Shown here piece by piece: positions 29,200 through 38,564 of a DNA stretch of 64,000 nucleotides (positions within the stretch are counted from its first letter, which is position 1; the number at the start of each line of letters is the position of its first letter). The stretch is from positions 84,788 to 148,787 of the forward strand of contig QZKA01000027.1 in assembly GCA_003598135.1 (NCBI GenBank). Reading direction: 5' to 3'. The position numbers and the translations under genes were made by a program. The notes under the pieces were generated by a model that searched no databases, was not told the DNA's origin, and saw nothing but the letters and a program-made list of their open reading frames with translations. Origin of the DNA: Candidatus Omnitrophota bacterium (lineage in GTDB: Bacteria > Omnitrophota > Gorgyraeia > Gygaellales > Profunditerraquicolaceae).

Positions 29200-30144
29200 A
29201 TGGACATAGTCTTCTTCGGTAGTTCACAATTCGCCGTCCCTTCGCTAAAGGCGCTGCTTGCCTCAACACATTCCCTAAGGTGTGTTGTTACCCAGCCTGA
29301 TAGGAGAAAAGGGAGGCATTTGTTTTGTTCTCCTACAATTGTCAAATCCACTGCCGTTGCCCATAACATAAAAGTCTTTCAACCGGACCAGGTCAATTCA
29401 GGAGCCTCGGTCAATTTTCTGAAGGACCTACACGCAGGCCTGTTTGTTGTCGTATCTTACGGCAACCTCTTGAGCGAAGACATACTGGCGATACCCGTAC
29501 ATGCTGCCATTAATATACACGCCTCATTGCTTCCGGCTTACAGGGGCGCAGCTCCTATAAACTGGGCCCTGATACGCGGAGAGAATGTTACCGGCATTAC
29601 GATATTTAAATTAGCGAAAGAAATGGACGCAGGCCCCATACTGGCCAAGCGAGAAGTGGCTATTGATGCGGATGATGATGCCTCAATCTTGGAAAATAGA
29701 TTAGCTGATGCTTCCGCGCCATTTCTTTTGTCTGCCCTCGATTCGATTGAAAGTGGTAAAGCAGCTTTCTTTCCCCAGGACGCACGAATGGTGACGCTTG
29801 CTCCAAAACTAAAAAAAATTGACGGCTTGATCGAATGGCAAAAACCTGCTGAACAGATCCACAATCTCGTTAGGGGGTGTATCCCCTGGCCGAGCGCTTT
29901 TACGTATTATAAAGGAAAGCTTCTAAAATTATATAAGACTGCCGTGCTGCCCTTTACCGCTTCACACGCAAAGGCCCTGCCAGGCGAGGTCGTCGCCGCT
30001 TCTAAGGCAGGGATTGAGATTGCCTGTGGTTCAGGCGCTATTATGATTCTTGAATTGCAGATTGAAGGAAAGCGTAGAATGACAGCCGAAGAGTTTATTA
30101 TCGGCCATAAGGTTTGTATCGGAGAAACGTTTTACAAAAAATAG
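29200..30144 (+). CDS. fmt: Methionyl-tRNA formyltransferase
   Basis: FFGSSQFA, VVTQPDR, NIHASLLP-YRGAAPI, MDAG, APKL. Confidence 0.96.
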   Translation: MDIVFFGSSQFAVPSLKALLASTHSLRCVVTQPDRRKGRHLFCSPTIVKSTAVAHNIKVFQPDQVNSGASVNFLKDLHAGLFVVVSYGNLLSEDILAIPVHAAINIHASLLPAYRGAAPINWALIRGENVTGITIFKLAKEMDAGPILAKREVAIDADDDASILENRLADASAPFLLSALDSIESGKAAFFPQDARMVTLAPKLKKIDGLIEWQKPAEQIHNLVRGCIPWPSAFTYYKGKLLKLYKTAVLPFTASHAKALPGEVVAASKAGIEIACGSGAIMILELQIEGKRRMTAEEFIIGHKVCIGETFYKK

Positions 30145-30172
30145 TTGCGACATTGTTTAGATGTGGTATAAT
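30145..30172 (+). promoter_or_regulatory. sigma70 promoter for galT1-galT2-gap
   Basis: TTGCGA-N16-TATAAT with an extended -10 (TG-G-TATAAT). Confidence 0.7.
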
Positions 30173-30214
30173 CTTGCTGTTTGTTTCTCGTAAGACTTAC
30201 TACGGATATCGCTC

Positions 30215-31243
30215 ATGCCTGAATTAAGAAAAGATCCTATTATCGGACGTTGGGTAATAATTGCTACGGAAAGGGCCAAACGGCCTGACCAGTTCCAAAA
30301 CCTTTCTCACGATGCTCCTCAGGAAAAACCCTGCCCTTTTTGCGAAGGCAAAGAATCAGAGACCCCTCCGGAGATATATGCCGTAAGAACAAGAGATGGC
30401 AGGCCTAACGGCCCGGGTTGGGAAGTAAGGGTCGTTCCCAGTATCACTCCTTTCTTGCGGATCGAAGGCGACCTTGATCGGACCGGCCGCGGCCTCTATG
30501 ATATGATGAACGGCCTCGGTGCCCACGAAATCATTATTGAAACTAATAAGCACATACCGAATATCGCCGATCTGGAAAACGAACAGATTGCCAGAGTAAT
30601 TACCTGCTATATTAACAGGCTGTTGGACCTTGAAAAAGATACAAGGTTTAAATACGTACTGGTATTTAAAAACCACGGCTGGATTGCTGGCGGAGGAAGG
30701 GTAAAGCATTCAAGATCTCAGTTGATCGCCACTCCCGTTAATCCTAAAAGGGTCAAAGAAGAGCTGGTAGGCGCTCGCCACTACCACGAGCTTCACGAGC
30801 GCTGCATCTTTTGTGATTTAATACAGCAGGAGATAGCGCAAGAGGAAAGGATAATACTTGATATAGATGGATTTCTGGCGGTGGTGCCATTTGCTTCGCG
30901 TTTTCCTTTTGAAGTCTGGATCCTGCCTAAAAAACATAATTGCGATTTTACGTCACTCCTTGAGCCTGAGCGGCGGGAACTGGCTAAGATACTTAAGAGT
31001 GTTTTGCTGAAACTGAAAATCGGCCTGAATGACCCGCCGTATAATTATATCATTCATACGGCTCCTTTCAAAAGGCCGAAGTCAGGATATTGGAAGACGG
31101 TGGATGAAGATTTTCATTGGCACATCGAAATAACGCCGCGTTTGACGCGCGTGGCAGGTTTTGAGTGGGGGACGGGTTTTTATATTTGCCCGCTTCCGCC
31201 GGAACACGCTGCAAAGTTTTTAAGAGAAGTCAAAATCGACTGA
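30215..31243 (+). CDS. galT: GalT-family nucleotidyltransferase paralogue 1 (catalytic His lost)
   Basis: ELRKDP, RAKRP, CPFC-G-E, GAHE, CIFC, AGFEWGTG; HPH motif reads HSR. Confidence 0.88.
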   Translation: MPELRKDPIIGRWVIIATERAKRPDQFQNLSHDAPQEKPCPFCEGKESETPPEIYAVRTRDGRPNGPGWEVRVVPSITPFLRIEGDLDRTGRGLYDMMNGLGAHEIIIETNKHIPNIADLENEQIARVITCYINRLLDLEKDTRFKYVLVFKNHGWIAGGGRVKHSRSQLIATPVNPKRVKEELVGARHYHELHERCIFCDLIQQEIAQEERIILDIDGFLAVVPFASRFPFEVWILPKKHNCDFTSLLEPERRELAKILKSVLLKLKIGLNDPPYNYIIHTAPFKRPKSGYWKTVDEDFHWHIEITPRLTRVAGFEWGTGFYICPLPPEHAAKFLREVKID

Positions 31244-31247
31244 CCAT

Positions 31248-32252
31248 ATGTCTGAATTGAGAAGAGATCCTTTGGTAGGCAGGTGGGTTATCGTTAGCAC
31301 GGATAACCCTACGTTGCCTCAGGGTTACGAATACGAGCCGCATACCTGGAAAGGGGGCACGTGTCCTTTCTGTTACGGCAACGAATCAATGACGCCTCCT
31401 GAAATCGCGGTGATCAGAGAGCCGGGTACCGGTGCGAATACTTCTGGATGGCACGTCAGGACCGTTGCGAATAAGTATCCTGCGCTACAGATTGAAGGTG
31501 ATTTGAACCGGACCGGGGTAGGTATTTATGATATGTCCAATGGCATCGGCGCCCACGAGGTAATCATTGAGTCGCCCTATCATAATAAAGACCTTTGTGA
31601 CCTTCTGAATCCCGAAATAGAAAATGTAGTATCGATGTATTGCCAGCGTGCCCTCGACTTGATCAAAGATAGAAGGTTTAAGTGCATCCTGGTATTCAGA
31701 AATTTCGGGCCGGCTGCAGGCGCCTCATTGGAGCATCCTCATACCCAGATAGTAGCGCTGCCGATGGTACCCAAGAACGTAAAAGAAGAATTGGTAGGGG
31801 CGCATAATTATTTTGACTATCGCGAACGTTGTATTTTCTGCGATCTCCTCAGGCAGGAATCGCAGGAGAAGGAAAGGATTGTGGTCGAAAACAAGTACTT
31901 TTCCGCATTCTGCCCGTTTGTTTCGCGTTTTCCTTTTGAAATCTGGATCCTGCCTAAAAAACACAATTGTTATTTCTGCCATATGACTCAGGATGAGATA
32001 CCCGCCCTGGCAGCCGTATTAAAAGAGGTTTTGATGAAACTTAAAACCGTATTTCCGAATCTTTCCTATAATATGATTATTCATTCTTCGCCGATCAATG
32101 GCGAGGACAATGTAGATAGCTATCATTGGCATATCGAGATTATGCCCAAATTGACGCGTGTGGCAGGTTTTGAGTGGGGCACAGGTTTTTATGTGGTGCT
32201 TACCCCGCCGGAAATAGCCGCAAAATACTTAAAAGAAGCGAAAATCAGCTAA
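31248..32252 (+). CDS. galT: GalT-family nucleotidyltransferase paralogue 2 (intact)
   Basis: CPFC-GNE, NKYPAL, GAHEV, GASLEHPHTQ, AGFEWGTG. Confidence 0.92.
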   Translation: MSELRRDPLVGRWVIVSTDNPTLPQGYEYEPHTWKGGTCPFCYGNESMTPPEIAVIREPGTGANTSGWHVRTVANKYPALQIEGDLNRTGVGIYDMSNGIGAHEVIIESPYHNKDLCDLLNPEIENVVSMYCQRALDLIKDRRFKCILVFRNFGPAAGASLEHPHTQIVALPMVPKNVKEELVGAHNYFDYRERCIFCDLLRQESQEKERIVVENKYFSAFCPFVSRFPFEIWILPKKHNCYFCHMTQDEIPALAAVLKEVLMKLKTVFPNLSYNMIIHSSPINGEDNVDSYHWHIEIMPKLTRVAGFEWGTGFYVVLTPPEIAAKYLKEAKIS

Positions 32253-32310
32253 TCAAAACGCAATTCAAACATTGCGCTAATCCGTTGCACATCATTAGAA
32301 GGAGGTATGA

Positions 32311-33336
<1,026 letters not shown>

Positions 33337-33359
33337 CGTAACGCAGGACCGATTCACTT

Positions 33360-33395
33360 TAAAAAGGGGCGGAAATGATACTCCGCCCCTTTTTA
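33360..33395 (+). terminator. Intrinsic terminator after gap, potentially bidirectional
   Basis: TAAAAAGGGGCGGA-loop-TCCGCCCCTTTTTA perfect inverted repeat. Confidence 0.85.
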
Positions 33396-33404
33396 CTTGA
33401 CACT

Positions 33405-35669
33405 ATGTGGATTATTTCATTAGTGATTATTGGAGTAAGCGGGGTAAGCGCGCAGGTCCTGTTGTTGCGGGAATTGCTGGTGAGTTTTTTCGGGAACGAG
33501 CTTACTCTCGGAATGATTCTTGCGAACTGGATGGTAGTAGAGGCGGCTGGAGCCTTGGTAATCGGCAGGATTATTGAACGTTCGAAGAATCCTTACGGGG
33601 TATTTATTATCCTTGAAATTGTTTTTTCTATCGGGTTTTTGTGCGCGCTCTATTGTGCGAGGGTGTTTAAAGTCTTTATGCACTTTCCGGCCGGGCAAGG
33701 ATTAGGGTTAATTTCTATTTTTTGGGCAGCCTTCTTAATACAACTGCCGGTCAGCTTCTCTCACGGCGCCCTTTTTAGCGCTGCGTGTAAAATACACTCC
33801 CTGCGGGTTAGAGATGCGGCCAGGGGAATAGGAAGCGTATATACATGGGAGACGATTGGCACGGCATTGGGGGGCCTTTTGGTCACTTATGTATTTGTGC
33901 CCCGGCTTAGTTCTTTTGCTATTGCCGGATGGATAGTGCTGGCAAACTTTTTTATTTCCCTAGTTCTATTGCGGCATATAGGATTAGGCCGTTTGCGCAT
34001 CGCGGCTTTTTTTGGAGTTTTGGCATTATCCTGCGCATGTATCGTATCGCAAGGTTTTCTGCAGAAGTCTTCGATACAGGTACAATGGAGGGGTGATGAA
34101 GTAGTAGTGTACCGTAATTCTATCTATGGCAATATCGTGATTACGGAGAGAGACTACCAAAAGACGCTTTTTTATAACGGAATCCCTGTGATTGCCATGC
34201 CGTATCCTGACGTTGCGTTCGTTGAGGAATTCGCAAACCTTCCTTTGCTGCTTCACGGGCACGCGAGAAAGGTACTTGTCATCGGAGGGGGGAGCGGCGG
34301 GCTTTTGCATGAAATCCTGAAATATCCTATCCTAAGGCTCGATTACGCAGAGGTTGACCCCGAGATCATTACGCTTTTAAAACGATATGCGTCTGATTTG
34401 GTTAGGGGTGAGTTTTCCGACCCAAGAGTAAAGGTTATCAACAAAGACGGAAAGTCGCTTTTGCTGAGTGGCCTTGACCGTTATGATGTGGTAATTGTCG
34501 CGGCTCCCGAGCCCTCTGACTTAACGACAAACAGATATTTTAGTGAAGAGTTCTTTATTTTGGCGAAAAAGAAACTTAATCCTTCAGGACTCCTGGCATT
34601 GAGGCTCCCTGGTTCGGGAACATACCTGGATAGAAGCCTAAGGGATCTTAATGCCTGCGTGCGTAACGGCCTTCTAAAGATATTCCGCTATACGAAGGTT
34701 GTACCAGGAGAATCCAATTTCTACTTTTCTTCGGATTCGCCCAAGCTGGCAGAAACGAGCTCTGATGATATATGGAAAACGATACAGCTGCATAAGATCA
34801 CTACCAATACCCTGACACAGCCGTTTCTTAAGTATAGACTAGACAAGCAATGGGTAGAATGGTTTGATCAGTCAATGCAGGGAGCAACAACAAAGGTCAA
34901 CAGCGACTTTATGCCTATTGCCGTTTTGTATGCCCTTATTCGTTGGAATAAACAATTTTCTCAAAACGGCCTGAAGCTGTTTGAAGAGATTGGAAATTTT
35001 GACATAGTATTCGCCGGGGTAGCTATCCTGTGCATTGTTTTTGTTTTTTCAATCCTATTCATTCGCAGGAAGGCAAGACCGATGCCGCTTGCAGTAGCTT
35101 ATGGTATTGCTACTACAGGCTTTTTTAGCATGCTCTTCAACCTTATACTCATATTCTGCTTTCAGGCATTTTTTGGTTATCTTTACCGATTGATAGGCTT
35201 GTTAATCGCGCTTTTCATGGGGGGCATTGCGTTTGGCAGTTTTTTAACGAGCAAGAAAAAAATTCTTGGTACAGATAGCCTTCGGGCATTTCTGTCTGTA
35301 GAAATTGCCATACTTTTATTTTCTTTAATCATGGGTGTCGCGTTGAGAGTTTTTGTCGGGAACGCCTCAATCGCAGCAGCTATTTTTATTGTAAGTTTTT
35401 TCCTTACCGGTCTTCTCACTGGTTGCCAGTTCCCGCTGGCAAGCGCGTTATGTGTAGGTAATAATGCTACAGCCGGCTCTATTGCAGGTTTCGTGTATTT
35501 CTTTGACCTTATAGGAGGCTGGTTTGCGGGAATTTTAGGAGGCGTTGTTTTATTGCCGTTGTTAGGGGTATTTAATTCCTGTATAGCTATAGTTATCCTT
35601 AAGGCAGGCAGCCTTATCCTGTTTGCGATTTCTGGGAGCGCGTGCGCAAAGAAGAAACCGTTTTCATGA
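33405..35669 (+). CDS. Membrane-fused spermidine-synthase-like (SpeE-like) SAM-binding protein
   Basis: N- and C-terminal TM bundles around VLVIGGGSGG, EVDPE and DG; start placed after the gap terminator. Confidence 0.8.
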   Translation: MWIISLVIIGVSGVSAQVLLLRELLVSFFGNELTLGMILANWMVVEAAGALVIGRIIERSKNPYGVFIILEIVFSIGFLCALYCARVFKVFMHFPAGQGLGLISIFWAAFLIQLPVSFSHGALFSAACKIHSLRVRDAARGIGSVYTWETIGTALGGLLVTYVFVPRLSSFAIAGWIVLANFFISLVLLRHIGLGRLRIAAFFGVLALSCACIVSQGFLQKSSIQVQWRGDEVVVYRNSIYGNIVITERDYQKTLFYNGIPVIAMPYPDVAFVEEFANLPLLLHGHARKVLVIGGGSGGLLHEILKYPILRLDYAEVDPEIITLLKRYASDLVRGEFSDPRVKVINKDGKSLLLSGLDRYDVVIVAAPEPSDLTTNRYFSEEFFILAKKKLNPSGLLALRLPGSGTYLDRSLRDLNACVRNGLLKIFRYTKVVPGESNFYFSSDSPKLAETSSDDIWKTIQLHKITTNTLTQPFLKYRLDKQWVEWFDQSMQGATTKVNSDFMPIAVLYALIRWNKQFSQNGLKLFEEIGNFDIVFAGVAILCIVFVFSILFIRRKARPMPLAVAYGIATTGFFSMLFNLILIFCFQAFFGYLYRLIGLLIALFMGGIAFGSFLTSKKKILGTDSLRAFLSVEIAILLFSLIMGVALRVFVGNASIAAAIFIVSFFLTGLLTGCQFPLASALCVGNNATAGSIAGFVYFFDLIGGWFAGILGGVVLLPLLGVFNSCIAIVILKAGSLILFAISGSACAKKKPFS

Positions 35670-35783
35670 AATAGCCTTAAGGTACTGGAAAATTTACAAA
35701 TAAAGAGTATATTTTAATTGAGTACAGGAAGCAAAATGGGAAATAGAAGCAGCAGCTTTACCGTGCTAGAAAGAGGAAGGCTT

Positions 35784-35891
35784 ATGCATAACGTGCTCAA
35801 AAGGGTTTTTAGCTATTTGCTGGTCCTTTCGTTGATCGGCCTTATTACCGCAATTACTGAGGCAGCGGATAAGATAGGGCTGGTACCTTAA
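35784..35891 (+). CDS. Small single-TM peptide MHNVLKRVFSYLLVLSLIGLITAITEAADKIGLVP (35 aa; 51 aa if started at 35736)
   Basis: AGAGGAAGG RBS, hydrophobic core, downstream terminator; below the ORF-track size cutoff. Confidence 0.55.
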   Translation: MHNVLKRVFSYLLVLSLIGLITAITEAADKIGLVP

Positions 35892-35919
35892 GGTTTTTTA
35901 GTTTTTACAGTCAGTTAAT

Positions 35920-35954
35920 ACGGCAGGATGCTGAGTTCCTGCCGTTTTTATTTT
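35920..35954 (+). terminator. Intrinsic terminator after the small ORF
   Basis: ACGGCAGGA-N8-TCCTGCCGT followed by TTTTATTTT. Confidence 0.8.
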
Positions 35955-35976
35955 CCGCACTATACACCGCAGCAAG

Positions 35977-36057
35977 AGGTCGAGGCTAAGGTTGAGGTTA
36001 AGCAAGGCTTAGGTTAAGAAGTTAAAGGCAGGCAGGAATTTTGTGCATTTGTCATTA
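35977..36057. repeat. AGGNNN hexamer run plus a minus-strand fragment of the hairpin/palindrome element
   Basis: AGGTCG AGGCTA AGGTTG AGGTTA AGCA AGGCTT AGGTTA; reverse complement of 36027-36057 is TAATGACAAATGCACAAAATTCCTGCCTGCC, matching 56981-57011. Confidence 0.75.
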
Positions 36058-36100
36058 ACGTACCACCCCCACACAATACTCTATACTCAATACGAAAAGA

Positions 36101-36129
36101 TTGACAATTTTGCCAAAATACTATATAGT
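36101..36129 (+). promoter_or_regulatory. sigma70 promoter for pgk-tpiA-secG
   Basis: TTGACA-N17-TATAGT. Confidence 0.8.
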
Positions 36130-36173
36130 AAAATCTCTGTTATTCTTGATCGGACTTTGAATGGAGGCATGCA

Positions 36174-37355
36174 ATGAACAAGATGACCGTAAAAGATGTT
36201 GATTTGAAAGATAGGATAGTTCTTATGCGCGCAGATTTTAACGTGCCGCTTGATTCCAGTCTTGCCATTACCGATGACACCCGTATACGCGAGACATTAC
36301 CGACAATCAAATATATTCTTCAAAAAGGCTGTAAAAAACTCATTCTGATGAGCCATCTTGGCAGGCCCGATGGAAAGAGGGTGGATAAGTATAGCCTTAA
36401 GCCTGTTTCTGCCCAGTTACAGGTTTTATTGGGAGAGCCGGTAAAGTTCCTTGACGATTGCGTGGGCGAAGATATAAAGAAGGAAGCCCTGTCCGCACGT
36501 GAAAAGGTGGTATTGCTTGAGAATCTGCGTTTTCACGCAGAAGAAGAGCTTAATCAGGACGTATTTGCGGCTAAATTAGCTTCTTTGGGAGAGTTATTCG
36601 TGAATGATGCGTTTGGGACTGCACACCGCGCCCATGCTTCTACTGTAGGGGTGACCAAATACCTGAAATCAGTCGCAGGTTTTCTTTTAGAAAAAGAGAT
36701 CCAGTATTTAGGCAATGTGGTGCAGAGTCCTGCCCGGCCCTTTGTGGTCATCTTAGGAGGTGCCAAGGTTTCTGATAAGATAGGGGTTATTGAAAATCTG
36801 CTGCCTAAGTGCGATGCTATTTTAATAGGCGGCGGGATGGCTTATACTTTTTTGAAAGCTAAAGGGGTTGCTATTGGTAATTCAAAACTAGACAAGGATA
36901 AGCTTGAGCTGGCGAAAAATCTCCTTGAAAAGGCCCAGGCCCTGAGGAAGGTGATCGTACTTCCGCTAGACCATGTAGTGGTCGATGCAGTGGATCCCGC
37001 AGCGAAAATTTTATTTTCGGGTGAAAGTATTCCTGATGGCAAAATTGCAGTGGATATTGGCCCTAAAACAATAGCTTTATTTAAAGAGAAACTTTCTGTG
37101 TCAAAGACTATTGTCTGGAATGGTCCGCTTGGGATATTCGAAATGGCGCCCTTTAGCAAGGGTACCGAGGAGGTCATGCACTATATTACTGCGCTTAAAG
37201 CAACGAGTATTATAGGAGGAGGGGATACTGCCGCAGCAGTCGCGCAATTTAAGCTTGTGGATAAAATGACCCATATTTCAACAGGCGGGGGCGCTAGCCT
37301 TGAGTTTCTGGAAGGTAAGGTATTGCCGGGTATAGCTGCGCTTTCCGATAAATAG
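36174..37355 (+). CDS. pgk: Phosphoglycerate kinase
   Basis: [38 protein letters not shown]. Confidence 0.98.
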   Translation: MNKMTVKDVDLKDRIVLMRADFNVPLDSSLAITDDTRIRETLPTIKYILQKGCKKLILMSHLGRPDGKRVDKYSLKPVSAQLQVLLGEPVKFLDDCVGEDIKKEALSAREKVVLLENLRFHAEEELNQDVFAAKLASLGELFVNDAFGTAHRAHASTVGVTKYLKSVAGFLLEKEIQYLGNVVQSPARPFVVILGGAKVSDKIGVIENLLPKCDAILIGGGMAYTFLKAKGVAIGNSKLDKDKLELAKNLLEKAQALRKVIVLPLDHVVVDAVDPAAKILFSGESIPDGKIAVDIGPKTIALFKEKLSVSKTIVWNGPLGIFEMAPFSKGTEEVMHYITALKATSIIGGGDTAAAVAQFKLVDKMTHISTGGGASLEFLEGKVLPGIAALSDK

Positions 37356-37356
37356 C

Positions 37357-38130
37357 ATGAGAAAAACAATTATTGCCGGTAACTGGAAGATGTATAAAAC
37401 CATTGCCGAATCAATCGAGCTGGTAAATGGTTTAAAAAGGGAGTTATTTGCCATAGACAGCCAGCTGGTAGATATTGTTATTTGCCCTCCGTTTTCGGCG
37501 TTAAGCGAAGTCGTAGAGCTACTTATTGATTCCGATATTAAGATGGGCGCCCAGGATATGTTTTGGCAGGAAGAAGGTGCTTTTACCGGAGAAGTCTCTC
37601 CGAGCATGCTTAAGGATGTAGGGTGCCAGTTTGTGATAATCGGGCATTCCGAACGAAGGCAATATTTTAACGAGACAAACGAATCGGTCAACAAGAAGAT
37701 CAAAGCGGCACTTATGTACGGATTAAGCCCGATTATGTGTGTCGGGGAAACACTCAATGAGCGCGATGCCGGCAAGACCTTTGTAGTGCTTAAGGACCAT
37801 GTGCATAACGGGTTGGTTGGAATTGACGCAGAATCTGCTCAAAAAATAATTATTGCTTATGAGCCGGTGTGGGCGATTGGAACTGGTAAGACTGCTACTC
37901 CTGCACAGGCGCAAGAAGCTCAAAAATTTATTCGCGAATTGCTTAAAAAGCTGTATAATACTTCTGTCGCCGAAAATATAAGGATTCAGTATGGCGGAAG
38001 TGTGAAGCCTGAAAATGCAGCTGAATTAATGGCACAGCCTGATATTGACGGTGCCCTTGTAGGCGGAGCAAGCCTTAAAAGTGATACGTTCTCGGCAATA
38101 ATCAAAAACGCAAGCGGGGTGAAGAAATAA
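37357..38130 (+). CDS. tpiA: Triosephosphate isomerase
   Basis: [28 protein letters not shown]. Confidence 0.98.
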   Translation: MRKTIIAGNWKMYKTIAESIELVNGLKRELFAIDSQLVDIVICPPFSALSEVVELLIDSDIKMGAQDMFWQEEGAFTGEVSPSMLKDVGCQFVIIGHSERRQYFNETNESVNKKIKAALMYGLSPIMCVGETLNERDAGKTFVVLKDHVHNGLVGIDAESAQKIIIAYEPVWAIGTGKTATPAQAQEAQKFIRELLKKLYNTSVAENIRIQYGGSVKPENAAELMAQPDIDGALVGGASLKSDTFSAIIKNASGVKK

Positions 38131-38555
38131 TGAGTATCGTGATCGCAATACATGTGGTAGTTTGTATAGGATTGATCATCGTAGTTTTAATTCAATCAGG
38201 CAGAGGAGGAGGGCTTGTTGAAAGCTTCTCGGGCATAGAGTCTGTTTTCGGGACTAAAACCAACGCATTTCTTACGCGGACTACCGGCATATTGGCTACG
38301 CTTTTTATTCTCACGTGTTTGACCTTGGCGTTTTTATCTCTTAAACAGAGCAGGTCTCTTATGGGCAGAGTTGCTGCAGAATCACGCCATGCACAGGTAG
38401 CAGTTCCTACAAATACGAGTGCACCTGCGGCTGAGGCTAATGCGTTAGTTAACGAAAAAACAAGGCCTGACGCCGGTTCGCAGGTAACGCAGGAAAATAC
38501 AGCTCGCACACACACAACATCTTCCCAAGAACAGGAACCTATTCAAAAAGAATAA
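38130..38555 (+). CDS. secG: Preprotein translocase subunit SecG
   Basis: Two TM segments, VLIQSGRGGG, FLTRTT; follows tpiA. Confidence 0.92.
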   Translation: MSIVIAIHVVVCIGLIIVVLIQSGRGGGLVESFSGIESVFGTKTNAFLTRTTGILATLFILTCLTLAFLSLKQSRSLMGRVAAESRHAQVAVPTNTSAPAAEANALVNEKTRPDAGSQVTQENTARTHTTSSQEQEPIQKE

Positions 38556-38564
38556 CAGGGTTGT

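Noticed and set aside
35700-35783. Possible riboswitch upstream of the small ORF
   Set aside because: I could not match any known aptamer consensus by eye; an Rfam/Infernal scan would be decisive.
35977-36016. Telomere-like (TTAGG) interpretation of the hexamer runs
   Set aside because: The units are degenerate, internal and short; the resemblance alone is not evidence.
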